Source: an uncultured virus (IMG/VR IMGVR_UViG_3300019372_000169)
Taxonomy: Duplodnaviria; Heunggongvirae; Uroviricota; Caudoviricetes
IMG/VR virus record: IMGVR_UViG_3300019372_000169
Length of the DNA: 64,000 nt
Reading direction: 5' to 3' (one strand)
Positions 1-10,200 of this stretch are shown here, piece after piece (positions within the stretch are counted from its first letter, which is position 1; each line of letters starts with the position of its first letter). The notes under the pieces were generated by a model, which saw nothing but the letters and a program-made list of their open reading frames with translations, ran no database searches and was not told the DNA's origin. The position numbers and the translations under genes were made by a program.

Positions 1-1
1 C

Positions 2-52
2 AAGTCCTGTCATTCCGCGATCACCATCGCGGCTGAAAACAGACGCCGCTGA
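2..52 (+). CDS. 3' end of HNH endonuclease (partial)
   Basis: Translates KSCHSAITIAAENRRR*, matching the C-terminus (KACHSRITLEANKNNREA) of the HNH gene at 57896-58258, in the same position upstream of terS. Confidence 0.8.
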   Translation, partial: KSCHSAITIAAENRRR

Positions 53-418
53 CCCCAGGGGGGCGGTTAAATCTCTGCGGCCCTGCCTCGCGGACAGCGC
101 GGCAGGCCTTCGCGCACGACACGCGCGAATTCAAAAATATCAGAATTGCCCCGAAACGCTGATGCTTCGGGGCTTTGTTCGTTTTGAAAAACAAGCCTGA
201 CAGGCTGTTTTTTCAAAGAGTCAGCTTTTTTCAAAAAGCGTACAGGCTGTCTGCACGGAAAATCCCGGAGATTTTCGGGAATCTGGCAGGGAGACGCGGG
301 CGGCGGACAGCGACAGGACGGGACAGGCCACGACAAAAGGAGCGGAAAAAGCGCGCACATTTTGAAAAAAAGCCGCATATACATGCAAAGACACGTTTCA
401 AAAAAGGGAGGCGACGCT

Positions 419-1030
419 ATGCCCAGCGGAGGCGCAAGGAAGGGTGCGGGACGTAAACCGAAGCCGCTCGCCGAGAAACTGGCGGCGGGAAATCCGGGAC
501 ACCGGCCTTTAAAAAAAGTGGAATTCACGGGAACCGGCGGCGTTGACCCGCACGAGCCGCCCGCATATCTGCGCGTTATGGAGAAGCGGGAGCAAGAGAA
601 CCGCCCCGGTATTCCCACGCCGACCGAACTGTATACCGACACGGTCAAATATCTGGAGCCGTCCGGCTGCCTTCATCTGGTTCCCGCCGCGCTGATTGCC
701 GATTACGCGATGGCGAAATACTACCTGCTCCACGCGCAGTATGAGCTCGGCAAAACGGCGACGGTTGTCAAAATCAAAAAAGGGCTGAAAAAAGAGCCCG
801 CCGAAAGCTACGAGATCACCGACTTTGCCGAGGCCATGCTGAAAATGCAGAAAAACGTACTGGCAACGTGGGAACCGATCTGGGATATCGTTTCGCGCAA
901 CAGCGAGCAGCTGGTGACGAATCCGGAAAAAGACCTGCTGGCGGTCATTATCGGCGGCCGCAGGCGCAAATCGAAGCCGAGAGGAGAGCCGCCCGATGGA
1001 TTCCATGCAGATACAAAAAATCCCGGCTGA
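419..1030 (+). CDS. terS: Terminase small subunit (P27-like)
   Basis: GGARKGAGRKPKPL...GNPGHRPL N-terminus, GGGAGG RBS, position between HNH and MTase, similarity to 58400-58951. Confidence 0.75.
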   Translation: MPSGGARKGAGRKPKPLAEKLAAGNPGHRPLKKVEFTGTGGVDPHEPPAYLRVMEKREQENRPGIPTPTELYTDTVKYLEPSGCLHLVPAALIADYAMAKYYLLHAQYELGKTATVVKIKKGLKKEPAESYEITDFAEAMLKMQKNVLATWEPIWDIVSRNSEQLVTNPEKDLLAVIIGGRRRKSKPRGEPPDGFHADTKNPG

Positions 1031-2267
1031 AAAGCTGAATCCGGCGAAATACAATCCCCGCAGGGATTTGCAGCCGGGCGACCCGGAATACGAAAAGTTG
1101 CTGCGCTCGGTGGATGAGTTCGGCTATGTCGAGCCGATCATCTGGAACCAGCGCACCGGGAACATCGTCGGCGGGCACCAGCGCTTCAAGGTTCTGCGGC
1201 AATTGGGCTTTGATGAAATCGACTGCGTCGTCGTTGACATGGACGAAGCGCGGGAAAAAGCGCTCAACATCGCGCTGAACAAAATCTCCGGCGACTGGGA
1301 TACCGCAAAGCTGGCGGAGGTTTTCAAGGACATCGAGCAGTACGGCATTTCACTTGACATTACCGGGTTTGAAGCCCCTGAGATCGACAAGCTATATCAG
1401 AAGCTGAGCCGCGAGGACGGAAAAATCGTCGAGGACGATTTCGACAGCGAAGCCGAGGCAGCAAAAATCGCGGAGCCGGTTACCCGGCCCGGCGACGTGT
1501 GGCTGCTTGGCAGGCACCGGCTCATGTGCGGGGACAGCACGGATTCGGACGCGGTCGCGCGGCTCCTCGGCGGCAGGAAAGCCCGAATGGTTTTTACCGA
1601 CCCGCCGTGGAACGTGGATTACGGCGGAGACGCGAAGCATCCCAGCTGGAAGCCTCGCCAGATTCTTAACGACAAAATGACCGAAGAGCAGTTTTATGCG
1701 TTTCTGCTTTCGGCGTTCAAAGCGATGGCTTCCGTCTGCGAACCGGGCGCGATGGTCTACATGGTGATGTCGGCGCAGGAATGGGGCACGGCCATGGCGA
1801 CCATGAAAGAAGCCGGTTTCCACTGGTCATCCACCATCATCTGGGCGAAGGATTCGCTCGTTTTATCGCGGAAGGATTACCATACGCAGTACGAGCCGAT
1901 TTGGTACGGCTGGCTGGACGGCGAAAAGCGGCTCTGCCCTTTACAGGATCGCCAGCAGAGCGACCTGTGGCAGATTCCCCGCCCGAAAAAATCGGAGGAA
2001 CACCCGACCATGAAGCCCATTGCGCTGGCGGGGCGGGCAATCACGAATTCTTCCCATACCGGCGATGTGACGCTCGATCTTTTCGGCGGTTCCGGCACCA
2101 CGCTGCTCGCGGCGGAGCAGTCCGACCGCATCAACTGTTCCATGGAGCTTGACCCAAAATACTGCGACGTGATCGTAAAACGCTATATTGAATTCCGGGA
2201 AAGCGACGAGGGCGTGTTTCTTCTGCGCGGCGGAGAAAAGCTGGCGTACAACGAAATTGAATGCTGA
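996..2267 (+). CDS. ParB-like N-terminal domain + N6/N4 DNA methyltransferase
   Basis: YNPR..VGGHQR ParB/Srx-like N-terminus, DPPW catalytic motif, HPTMKP, DLFGGSGTT SAM-binding motif. Confidence 0.9.
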   Translation: MDSMQIQKIPAEKLNPAKYNPRRDLQPGDPEYEKLLRSVDEFGYVEPIIWNQRTGNIVGGHQRFKVLRQLGFDEIDCVVVDMDEAREKALNIALNKISGDWDTAKLAEVFKDIEQYGISLDITGFEAPEIDKLYQKLSREDGKIVEDDFDSEAEAAKIAEPVTRPGDVWLLGRHRLMCGDSTDSDAVARLLGGRKARMVFTDPPWNVDYGGDAKHPSWKPRQILNDKMTEEQFYAFLLSAFKAMASVCEPGAMVYMVMSAQEWGTAMATMKEAGFHWSSTIIWAKDSLVLSRKDYHTQYEPIWYGWLDGEKRLCPLQDRQQSDLWQIPRPKKSEEHPTMKPIALAGRAITNSSHTGDVTLDLFGGSGTTLLAAEQSDRINCSMELDPKYCDVIVKRYIEFRESDEGVFLLRGGEKLAYNEIEC

Positions 2268-2283
2268 CACCCATGTATTTCAA

Positions 2284-2318
2284 CTTGATTTTACCCCCGA
2301 AAAGAGTGATGAATGGTA
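2284..2318 (+). promoter_or_regulatory. CTTG-N15-AGAGYG element-specific motif, copy 1
   Basis: Same spacing at 22587, 61713 and 63288; each copy lies just upstream of an RBS and gene start. Confidence 0.6.
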
Positions 2319-2358
2319 CTGCGGAAACGCGAATCATAAGTTTTCGGAGGTAACAAAA

Positions 2359-3180
2359 ATGGAATTCAGGTTTAACGTAACAGGCTCGGAACGCAAAAGG
2401 CTGGTTGGAACGATCAGCGAAATTCTCCATGCCCCGATGAAATACCTCGGCGCGCCGGGCTTCGGATACGAAGTAGGCGGATACACGGTGGATAAGGACG
2501 GAACGGTCAGCGGCGAACGCAGCGACGCTCTTTTGGACTCACTCACAGAACGCGGATTCGCATTCGAAGCGGATACCGAAATAGCCGTCGCGGAGGAACC
2601 CGAGAAAATCGAAACGCCGGAAGAGCCTGACCGCCTTGTCATTGAAATTCCGGCAGACGGCTTTACACCGGAAAAACTGGATAACCTCGCAAAACTGGTT
2701 GCGAGCAAGGCCGCGCTCATTAGAACAGCCCTTGGCACGGATGACCTTGCTATCATATCAACCGGCGAAACACTCCGCTTCCCATGGTTCTCCGGCGGCC
2801 TCGACGGCGACACGGTGAGCGCATACACGCAGTTCATCGCCGCCCTTTGCAAAACGGCAAAAGAGAAAAAGCGCGTAACCGCGAAGGTACAGGACGAATT
2901 TGAAAACCCACGCTTTACCATGCGGGTGTGGCTGATCGGCCTCGGTATGGTGGGCGACGATTACAAGCTGGCACGGAAACTTCTGCTCCGAAATCTTACC
3001 GGAAACGCCGCGTGGCGATATGGCGCGCCGGAGAAAAAGACGGCCAGCGACCCCGCTGACGGCGCGGACGCTGGCGAAGAAAGCCCGGCAGTACTTACCG
3101 CACCGGCGGCGGAAGAAGTCGCCACTGCCGCCGATACAGGCGCCAACTTGGCTGAAGAAGCGGGTTCCGACCATGAATAA
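2359..3180 (+). CDS. Phage 'virulence-related' conserved protein
   Basis: NVTGSERKRLV, FPWF, ENPRFTMRVWL..LG motifs; paralog at 62050-62811. Confidence 0.75.
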   Translation: MEFRFNVTGSERKRLVGTISEILHAPMKYLGAPGFGYEVGGYTVDKDGTVSGERSDALLDSLTERGFAFEADTEIAVAEEPEKIETPEEPDRLVIEIPADGFTPEKLDNLAKLVASKAALIRTALGTDDLAIISTGETLRFPWFSGGLDGDTVSAYTQFIAALCKTAKEKKRVTAKVQDEFENPRFTMRVWLIGLGMVGDDYKLARKLLLRNLTGNAAWRYGAPEKKTASDPADGADAGEESPAVLTAPAAEEVATAADTGANLAEEAGSDHE

Positions 3181-3394
3181 CTTTCCCTCAAAAGAAACAG
3201 TCGAGCGTCTCCGGCAGGAATACCCTGCCGGAACACGGGTGGAACTAATCTCAATGGATGACCCTTACACCAAACTCAAGCCCGGCGATCGTGCGACGGT
3301 TTGCGGTGTGGATGTCGGAAACATCCTGTGTGATTGGGACTGCGGCTCCTCGCTGAGTTTGATTCCGGGCGTGGATGAATTTAGGGTCGTATAA
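3173..3394 (+). CDS. DUF4314 family protein
   Basis: YPAGTRVELISMDDPY...WDCGSSL; paralog at 62801-63037. Confidence 0.8.
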   Translation: MNNFPSKETVERLRQEYPAGTRVELISMDDPYTKLKPGDRATVCGVDVGNILCDWDCGSSLSLIPGVDEFRVV

Positions 3395-3436
3395 TTTTAC
3401 TATGTAAATAAAGTGAAAATATAATTGAAATTAATA

Positions 3437-4375
3437 TTAGTCATGAAGCACATTATCATTTATGACAGAGTTTACCTCGATGAGATTATCCGTTTCTTTG
3501 TCTTGGAAGATTTTGTAGCAAAGGTATTTGATTAGTTGGTTTGCTTGGTCTTGGCATTCAATATCAATTTTTCCGTCTACCACATTTAGTTTTAGCTTAT
3601 TTGCAAATTCTGCTTGCCAAGTTGGATCGGATAGCTTTGCAATTCTTTCCGGCTTTAGAGTAAGGAATGTTTTGGGAGAAGTGTAGCCGCTTAGGTATTT
3701 TCGGACTGTATTAGGTTTTTTAAATGCATCCGTCTGCAATATAGTCTCAACAGCTCTTAATTTGATACGGTGCATCGTTTTTTGAACTCTAAAAATGCTC
3801 TCAAAAGCATGATTGAATGAATACATCATTCTATCGATTACAATGAAATCAGCCGTTAAATAAAGTCGGCAAATTTCATCCGTTATGTTTTCCAATTCAT
3901 TCTCGGCGGTATGGCGAAAAACTTTAGTATACTTCTTCTCCAAGTTGATAATCGGATTACAAGCTTTTACAACAACAATTGGCTGTAATTCGCTATTAAC
4001 AGGTTGCCCGTCAAGAATATAGCCCTGGTATTTCCCTTTAATCTGCTCTCTGGGTGCTCCATTCACAGACGCCACTAAGTTACTCCACTGTTCAGCTATC
4101 AGCTCGTTTTCTGTACTAAGCTTGTCGCATGAAGTTTTGCTATTTTCACCATCATAATTCTGGACAGACCCCAAGGGCTCAATTTGATATCGATTCATCG
4201 CAGTAGAAAGCGCTGCTATGTATTCAGACAAATAGGTTGCATTGCGAAATGTATGCTTATATAGAAAATAGGGATTGGGCTTAGAGCGATAATCCATTTT
4301 TAAAAAATATAACGTCCAGTTATAGTTTTCCGGTCGAATACCACCTATGGTTTTCAACAGTAACTCTTTACTCAT
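3437..4375 (-). CDS. kwaB: Kiwa anti-phage protein KwaB (DUF4868-like)
   Basis: 312 aa soluble AT-rich ORF with DFIVID..MYSFNHAFESIF motif, directly downstream of a KwaA-like membrane gene. Confidence 0.7.
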   Translation of the reverse strand: MSKELLLKTIGGIRPENYNWTLYFLKMDYRSKPNPYFLYKHTFRNATYLSEYIAALSTAMNRYQIEPLGSVQNYDGENSKTSCDKLSTENELIAEQWSNLVASVNGAPREQIKGKYQGYILDGQPVNSELQPIVVVKACNPIINLEKKYTKVFRHTAENELENITDEICRLYLTADFIVIDRMMYSFNHAFESIFRVQKTMHRIKLRAVETILQTDAFKKPNTVRKYLSGYTSPKTFLTLKPERIAKLSDPTWQAEFANKLKLNVVDGKIDIECQDQANQLIKYLCYKIFQDKETDNLIEVNSVINDNVLHD

Positions 4376-4377
4376 CT

Positions 4378-5007
4378 TTACACCCCTATTTCTATATAAA
4401 TATAATTTTCAAAGTCAAAATATTTCACTTCATGCGGCAATGATTGTGTTAGGTTGTTTTTACTTATAACAAGGCAATCTGTATAGGTGCATCTTTCTCC
4501 CACCCTATTGCATTCAATATCACAGTCGTACATTTTGTAGCCTTTAAATTCAAGTAGGATATTAGTGTATACGTTACTATTCCTGATGCAGAGGAAACTA
4601 AGGACAGCAAAATAAACTATGAATAGTGTTATCTGTTTTAACTCTCCATAGTCAAAAGCAATCATTGGAAGGATGTAAGCCAACAGAAATTCTGCCGTTA
4701 ACTTGTTGGCCCTTTTTGCTCGTGTAATCGTTCCTCTTGCTGGTGCAGGATTTTTCTCTTGTTCCCTTATTTCCTTATTGATGCCATGAATGCTGATGAA
4801 ACTACATATTATCAAAACGCAGATAGTTATTGTTTCAAGCAATATACCCGAAATGAAATCTGTTATGTCCTTGTGACACTGAGGATGACTTGGAATGTAC
4901 TTAAGCGAGTAACAAACGATATTCCATGCATCAAAAATTGCAATCGAAAACCAGAGCGGTAGAAATGATGTAAAGAACATATTCCACTTAAATATTTTGC
5001 TCATCAC
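4378..5007 (-). CDS. kwaA: Kiwa anti-phage membrane protein KwaA
   Basis: About 4 hydrophobic segments; FFTSFLPLW, FLLAYILPM and N..L...GYK.Y motifs typical of KwaA; operon with the 312-aa partner. Confidence 0.7.
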   Translation of the reverse strand: MMSKIFKWNMFFTSFLPLWFSIAIFDAWNIVCYSLKYIPSHPQCHKDITDFISGILLETITICVLIICSFISIHGINKEIREQEKNPAPARGTITRAKRANKLTAEFLLAYILPMIAFDYGELKQITLFIVYFAVLSFLCIRNSNVYTNILLEFKGYKMYDCDIECNRVGERCTYTDCLVISKNNLTQSLPHEVKYFDFENYIYIEIGV

Positions 5008-5311
5008 ATGCTCCTATACGATATTTGTCAAAAGACCTGCGACTATTTTCCTGAAAGTTAAAGGTAACGATTATCTCGAACTGCCGCTAATTGCTAACTA
5101 AATAAAACTGACCAATTTTTCCTTTGTTTACTCTTTATATTCCCATATTACCACTATTTCATTGCTTCGTCCATTTCTTTTTAAACAATTTGCACGATTA
5201 TCCTGCGAGTCGGCTGAAAGCGCCAGCTTGTCTATCGAAATCTATATTTTTATGGGCTGTCCGGCGTCCTAATGGGAAAACTCGCCGCATAAAAATGATA
5301 ATAAGCCTGTC

Positions 5312-5338
5312 GGGAGTCCCGAAAAGGACTCCCTTTTT
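5312..5338 (+). terminator. Intrinsic terminator-like hairpin just upstream of terL
   Basis: GGGAGTCC-cgaaaa-GGACTCCC followed by TTTTT. Confidence 0.55.
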
Positions 5339-5357
5339 CATTTCCGGAGGTGATGCT

Positions 5358-6989
5358 GTGGACGATTTCAGAATTCTCAAGAACTACAAACCGTCCCGCT
5401 TCAAGGCGGCGGGCTCGGTATATAAAGAGCGGTTCGCGGACTCTGCGGTATATTTCGTCAATAACCTGTGCCACACAAAAGGGCGCTGGTACGGCGAGCC
5501 GTTCGAACTGATCGACTGGCAGGAGCAGATCATTCGCGACCTGTTCGGTATCGTCCGCAAATTCGACGAGTGCCGCCAGTTCCGAACCGCGTATGTGGAG
5601 ATTCCGAAAAAGCAAGGCAAATCTGAGCTTGCGGCGGCGGTCGCTCTGCTGCTCACCTGCGCCGATCTGGAGCACGGCGGCGAGATCTACGGCTGTGCAT
5701 CCGACCGCAGTCAGGCGAGTATCGTGTTTGATGTAGCGGTGAATATGGTCGACCAGTTTCCGCAGTTAAACAAACTGATGAAGCTGAACATCGGGCAAAA
5801 GCGCCTGACCTTCACGCCGCTTGACAGTTTTTATCAAGTTCTGTCCGCCGACGCGTACACGAAGCATGGCCTGAACGCCCACGGAGTCATTTTTGATGAG
5901 CTTCACGCCCAGCCGAACCGGCAGCTGTTCGACGTCATGACGAAGGGCTCCGGCGACGCGCGTGAACAGCCCCTGCATTTCATCATCACCACAGCCGGAA
6001 CCGACCGTAACTCCATCTGCTGGGAAATGCACCAGAAGGCCGAGGATGTTCTGCGCGGCAAGCGCATCGACCCCACCTTTTACCCGGTAATCTATTCCGC
6101 CGCCGACGATGAGGACTGGACTTCGGAGGAAGTCTGGCGCAGGGTGAACCCCTCCCTCGGCATCACGGTCACAATGGAAACGATGCGTCAGTCCTTTGAG
6201 GACGCGAAGCAGAATCCGGTCAACGAGAATATTTTCCGCCAGCTGCGCCTGAACCAGTGGGTGAAGCAGTCCGTCCGCTGGATGAACATGGAGCGGTGGG
6301 ACGGTTGCGATTTCAAATTCGACCCGAAGTCGCTGGAAAACCGAATCTGTTACGGGGGTTTGGATTTGTCCAGCACCACGGATATCACGGCATTTGTGCT
6401 GGTGTTCCCGCCGGAGGATGAGGAAGATAAATACGTCGTCCTGCCGTTTTTCTGGATTCCGGAGGAATCTCTCGAAACCCGCGTCAGGCGCGACCATGTG
6501 CCGTATGACCTGTGGAAGGCGCAGGGATTCCTGAACACCACTGAGGGCGACGTCATTCACTACTCCTTTGTTGAGAAATTCATTGAGGAACTCGGCAAGA
6601 AATACAACATCAAAGAGATCGCGTTCGACCGCTGGGGCGCGTGGGAGCTGACGCAGAATCTGGAGGGGCTGGGCTTTACCGTCGTGCCGTTCGGGCAGGG
6701 CTTTAAGGATATGTCCCCGGCTACAAAGGAACTAATGCGCCTGACGCTGGAACATAAGATCGCCCACGCTGGGAATCCGCCTTTGCGCTGGATGGCGGAT
6801 AACCTCTGTGTCAGCACCGACGCCGCCGGAAATATCAAGCCCAACAAACAGAAGGCAACCGAGCGAATCGACGGTGTGGTGGCGCTCATTATGGCGCTGG
6901 ACCGCGCCATCCGCAACGAGGGTGCGCTGCCGGGCAGCGTGTATGACACGCACAGCCTGCTGATGTACGGAGAGGACGGGTGGAACTGA
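5358..6989 (+). CDS. terL: Terminase large subunit
   Basis: Walker A IPKKQGKS, Walker B IFDELH, ITTAG, nuclease GGLDLSSTTD and RIDGVVA; GTG start after GGAGGTG. Confidence 0.95.
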   Translation: MDDFRILKNYKPSRFKAAGSVYKERFADSAVYFVNNLCHTKGRWYGEPFELIDWQEQIIRDLFGIVRKFDECRQFRTAYVEIPKKQGKSELAAAVALLLTCADLEHGGEIYGCASDRSQASIVFDVAVNMVDQFPQLNKLMKLNIGQKRLTFTPLDSFYQVLSADAYTKHGLNAHGVIFDELHAQPNRQLFDVMTKGSGDAREQPLHFIITTAGTDRNSICWEMHQKAEDVLRGKRIDPTFYPVIYSAADDEDWTSEEVWRRVNPSLGITVTMETMRQSFEDAKQNPVNENIFRQLRLNQWVKQSVRWMNMERWDGCDFKFDPKSLENRICYGGLDLSSTTDITAFVLVFPPEDEEDKYVVLPFFWIPEESLETRVRRDHVPYDLWKAQGFLNTTEGDVIHYSFVEKFIEELGKKYNIKEIAFDRWGAWELTQNLEGLGFTVVPFGQGFKDMSPATKELMRLTLEHKIAHAGNPPLRWMADNLCVSTDAAGNIKPNKQKATERIDGVVALIMALDRAIRNEGALPGSVYDTHSLLMYGEDGWN

Positions 6990-8239
6990 TGGGCTTTTTT
7001 TCGCGGAAAAAGAATCCCAAAAACAGCCTCTCCACCTCAAAAAACTTCTTCTGGGGCGGTTCCACCTCCGGCACCTTTGTCAACGAGAACACGGCCATGC
7101 AGACGGCGGCGGTATATGCTTGTGTCCGTGTGATTTCGGAAGCCATCGCGAGCCTGCCGCTGCACGTTTACCGCTATGAGGAGAACGGTTCCAAACTCCT
7201 GCCCGGCCATTCTCTGTATAACATTCTGCACAACGCGCCGAATCCGGAGATGACCAGCTTTGTTTTCCGCGAAACGCTCATGAGCCACCTACTCCTTTGG
7301 GGCAACGCCTATGCGCAGATTATCCGGGACGGCGGCGGTCGGGTGCTGGCGCTTTACCCTCTTCTCCCCAACAAAACGGATGTCTGGCGCGGTCCGGACG
7401 GGCAGATTTACTACACCTACTGGCGGAACACGGATGAAAGCCGCCCCAATGAGAAAAGCGGCGGCGTGACGCTTTCCAAAGACGACGTTCTGCACATTCC
7501 CGGCCTGAGCTTTGACGGGCTGGTCGGCTACTCGCCCATCGCGCTCACCAAAAACGCGGTGGGCATGGCAATTGCCACCGAGGATTACGGCGCTTCCTTC
7601 TTCGCCAACAACGCCAATCCCGGCGGCATTCTGGAGCATCCGGGGACACTGCAGCATCCCGACCAAATCAGGGCGGCGTGGGAGATGCTCTACAAAGGCG
7701 GCAACAAAGCTCACCGGATTGCCGTCTTGGAGGAAGGGCTTAAATTCCATCCGATTTCGGTGCCGCCGGAGGAAGCGCAGTTTCTGGAAACCCGCAAATT
7801 TCAACTCGACGAGATCGCCCGCATTTTCCGTATCCCGCCCCATATGGTCGGCGATTTGGAAAAAAGCAGCTTTTCGAACATCGAGCAGCAGTCTCTGGAA
7901 TTTGTGAAATATACGCTTGACCCGTGGGTGGTACGCTGGGAGCAGACCATGAACCAATCCCTGCTCCTCCCGTCCGAAAAAGCCTCCGTTTATATCAAAT
8001 TCAATCTGGACGGCCTGCTGCGCGGCGACTACGCCACACGCATGAATGGATACGCCATCGGTCGACAAAACGGCTGGCTGTCGGCGAACGACATCCGGCG
8101 GCTTGAGAATATGAACGAAATCACGCCGGAAGATGGCGGCGACCTCTATCTTGTCAACGGCAATATGGTGAAACTGGCCGACGCGGGTGCGGCGTATACG
8201 AAACAATCCTCAGAAAACAAAGGGGGTTCCGGTACATGA
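6989..8239 (+). CDS. HK97-family portal protein
   Basis: AVYACVRVISEAIASLP, LLWGNAY, QFLETRKF, IARIFRIPPH. Confidence 0.95.
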   Translation: MGFFSRKKNPKNSLSTSKNFFWGGSTSGTFVNENTAMQTAAVYACVRVISEAIASLPLHVYRYEENGSKLLPGHSLYNILHNAPNPEMTSFVFRETLMSHLLLWGNAYAQIIRDGGGRVLALYPLLPNKTDVWRGPDGQIYYTYWRNTDESRPNEKSGGVTLSKDDVLHIPGLSFDGLVGYSPIALTKNAVGMAIATEDYGASFFANNANPGGILEHPGTLQHPDQIRAAWEMLYKGGNKAHRIAVLEEGLKFHPISVPPEEAQFLETRKFQLDEIARIFRIPPHMVGDLEKSSFSNIEQQSLEFVKYTLDPWVVRWEQTMNQSLLLPSEKASVYIKFNLDGLLRGDYATRMNGYAIGRQNGWLSANDIRRLENMNEITPEDGGDLYLVNGNMVKLADAGAAYTKQSSENKGGSGT

Positions 8240-8991
8240 GTGAACAATCGTGGGCAAGCGGCTCGCAAAGCGCACCGATTCCAAGACGCGAATTGCCAGC
8301 GGAGGCTCGCCGCAAATTTTGGAACTTCATTCAAAACGACGGTGACGAGCGCACTCTGTATCTGGAAGGCGCTATTGCCGACGAAACGTGGTGGGGCGAC
8401 GAGGTCACGCCGAAACTGTTCAAGGACGATCTGCTCTCCGGTTCCGGTGACATCACCGTCTGGATCAACTCCCCCGGCGGGGACGTGTTCGCCGCCGCAC
8501 AGATTTACAACATGCTCAAAGAGTATTCCGGCAAAGTGACCGTGAAAATTGACGGAATCGCGGCTTCGGCGGCCTCAGTCGTCGCCATGTCGGGCGACCA
8601 GGTGCTCATGTCGCCGGTTTCCAATCTGATGATCCATAATCCCTCGACCGTCGCCATCGGGGACGGCGACGAAATGCTCCGCGCCAAAGCGATGCTCGAT
8701 GAAGTAAAGGAATCCATCATCAACGCCTACGAAGCGAAATCCGGGCAGTCGCGCGCCGTAATCTCCCACATGATGAACGACGAAACATGGATGAACGCCA
8801 AAAAAGCGGTGGAGCTTCACTTTGCGGATGGCATTCTTTATACGGAGTCCACGCCGCAGGATGCCTCCGGCGGGCTGATTTTCTCCCGCATGGCGGTTCA
8901 GAATTCACTTCTGAGCAAATTTCCGGTAAAGATGCCGCTTCCAAAAGAATCCGCCATCGAACGAGAATCACGCTTGAATCTCTTAAAATAA
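8236..8991 (+). CDS. ClpP-type prohead protease
   Basis: INSPGGDVF, GIAASAAS, MIHNP, ETWMNA. Confidence 0.93.
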   Translation: MSEQSWASGSQSAPIPRRELPAEARRKFWNFIQNDGDERTLYLEGAIADETWWGDEVTPKLFKDDLLSGSGDITVWINSPGGDVFAAAQIYNMLKEYSGKVTVKIDGIAASAASVVAMSGDQVLMSPVSNLMIHNPSTVAIGDGDEMLRAKAMLDEVKESIINAYEAKSGQSRAVISHMMNDETWMNAKKAVELHFADGILYTESTPQDASGGLIFSRMAVQNSLLSKFPVKMPLPKESAIERESRLNLLK

Positions 8992-9008
8992 CATATCGGG
9001 AGGAACTG

Positions 9009-10199
9009 ATGATGCCCACAATTCTTGAACTGCGCGAGAAACGCGCCAAAGCATGGGAAGCCGCCAAGACCTTTCTTGATCTAAAGAAAACCCCGGATGG
9101 AATGCTGACCGCCGAAGACGCCGCCGCCTACGATAAAATGGAAGCTGAAATTATCGCGCTCAAACAGCAGATTGACCGTGAAGAACGGGCGCGCGAATAC
9201 GAGCAGGAGCTTGCCTCCCCCACCAGCCAGCCGCTGACCGGGAATCCCGGCGTTCCGGCACAGACTCAGTCCGGCAGGGCATCCGACGCTTACAAAGCGG
9301 CGTTCTGGGACACCATTCGCGGGCGCAAGGCAGCAAACGCTTTGCAGGTGGGCACCGACAGCGAGGGCGGATATCTGGTTCCGGACGAATTTGACCGCCA
9401 GCTGGTGGAGACCCTCGAGGAACAGAACATTTTCCGGCAGCTTGCCCGGATTATTCAGACCGCCAGCGGCGACCACAAAATCCCGGTGGTCGCAACTAAA
9501 GGCACCGCAAGCTGGGTGGATGAGGAAGGCCAGATTCCGGAGAGCGACAACAGCTTTTCTCAGGTAACGCTCAGCGCGTATAAGCTGGCAACACTGATTA
9601 AGGTCAGTCAGGAGCTACTGAATGACTCGATCTTTCCGCTGGAAAGCTATATCGCGAACGAATTCGCCCGGCGCATCGGAGCCAAAGAGGAAGAAGCGTT
9701 CTTTGTCGGCGACGGCACGAAAAAGCCCACCGGCGTTCTCGCCGCGACGGGCGGCGCGCAGGTGGGCAAGACAACGGCAGCTGCAACCGCCATCACGCTG
9801 GATGAAATTCTCGATTTGTATTACAGTCTGCGGTCGCCTTACCGGGCAAAGGCTGTGTTTCTCACAAACGACATGACCGTGAAAACCATCCGCAAGCTGA
9901 AAGACAGCAACGGGCAGTACCTCTGGCAGCCGGCGATTACCGCTTCCGCGCCGGATACGATTCTGGGCAAACCCATCTATACCTCCGCCTATGTTCCGGC
10001 TATCGCGGCAAGTGCGAAAACTGTGGCGTTCGGTGATTTCAGCTACTACTGGATTGCCGACCGTCAGGGACGCACATTTCAGCGGCTGAACGAACTGTAC
10101 GCCACCACAGGTCAGGTGGGCTTTATCGCAACCGAGCGTGTGGACGGAAAGCTGATTCTGCCGGAAGCGGTGCAGGTACTTCAGCAGGCGGCGTCATGA
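9009..10199 (+). CDS. Major capsid protein (HK97 fold)
   Basis: Coiled-coil delta domain, GGYLVPDEF, KLKDSNGQYLWQP, FGDFSYY. Confidence 0.95.
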   Translation: MMPTILELREKRAKAWEAAKTFLDLKKTPDGMLTAEDAAAYDKMEAEIIALKQQIDREERAREYEQELASPTSQPLTGNPGVPAQTQSGRASDAYKAAFWDTIRGRKAANALQVGTDSEGGYLVPDEFDRQLVETLEEQNIFRQLARIIQTASGDHKIPVVATKGTASWVDEEGQIPESDNSFSQVTLSAYKLATLIKVSQELLNDSIFPLESYIANEFARRIGAKEEEAFFVGDGTKKPTGVLAATGGAQVGKTTAAATAITLDEILDLYYSLRSPYRAKAVFLTNDMTVKTIRKLKDSNGQYLWQPAITASAPDTILGKPIYTSAYVPAIAASAKTVAFGDFSYYWIADRQGRTFQRLNELYATTGQVGFIATERVDGKLILPEAVQVLQQAAS

Positions 10200-10200
10200 T

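Noticed and set aside
67..648. 193-aa minus-strand ORF and many other long antisense ORFs (e.g. 7289-8206, 48631-49698, 51435-52874, 61993-62973)
   Set aside because: Shadows of GC-rich plus-strand phage genes, with no motifs or RBS.
5195..5310. Known riboswitch or tRNA
   Set aside because: No recognisable consensus; no tRNA or rRNA was seen anywhere in the window.
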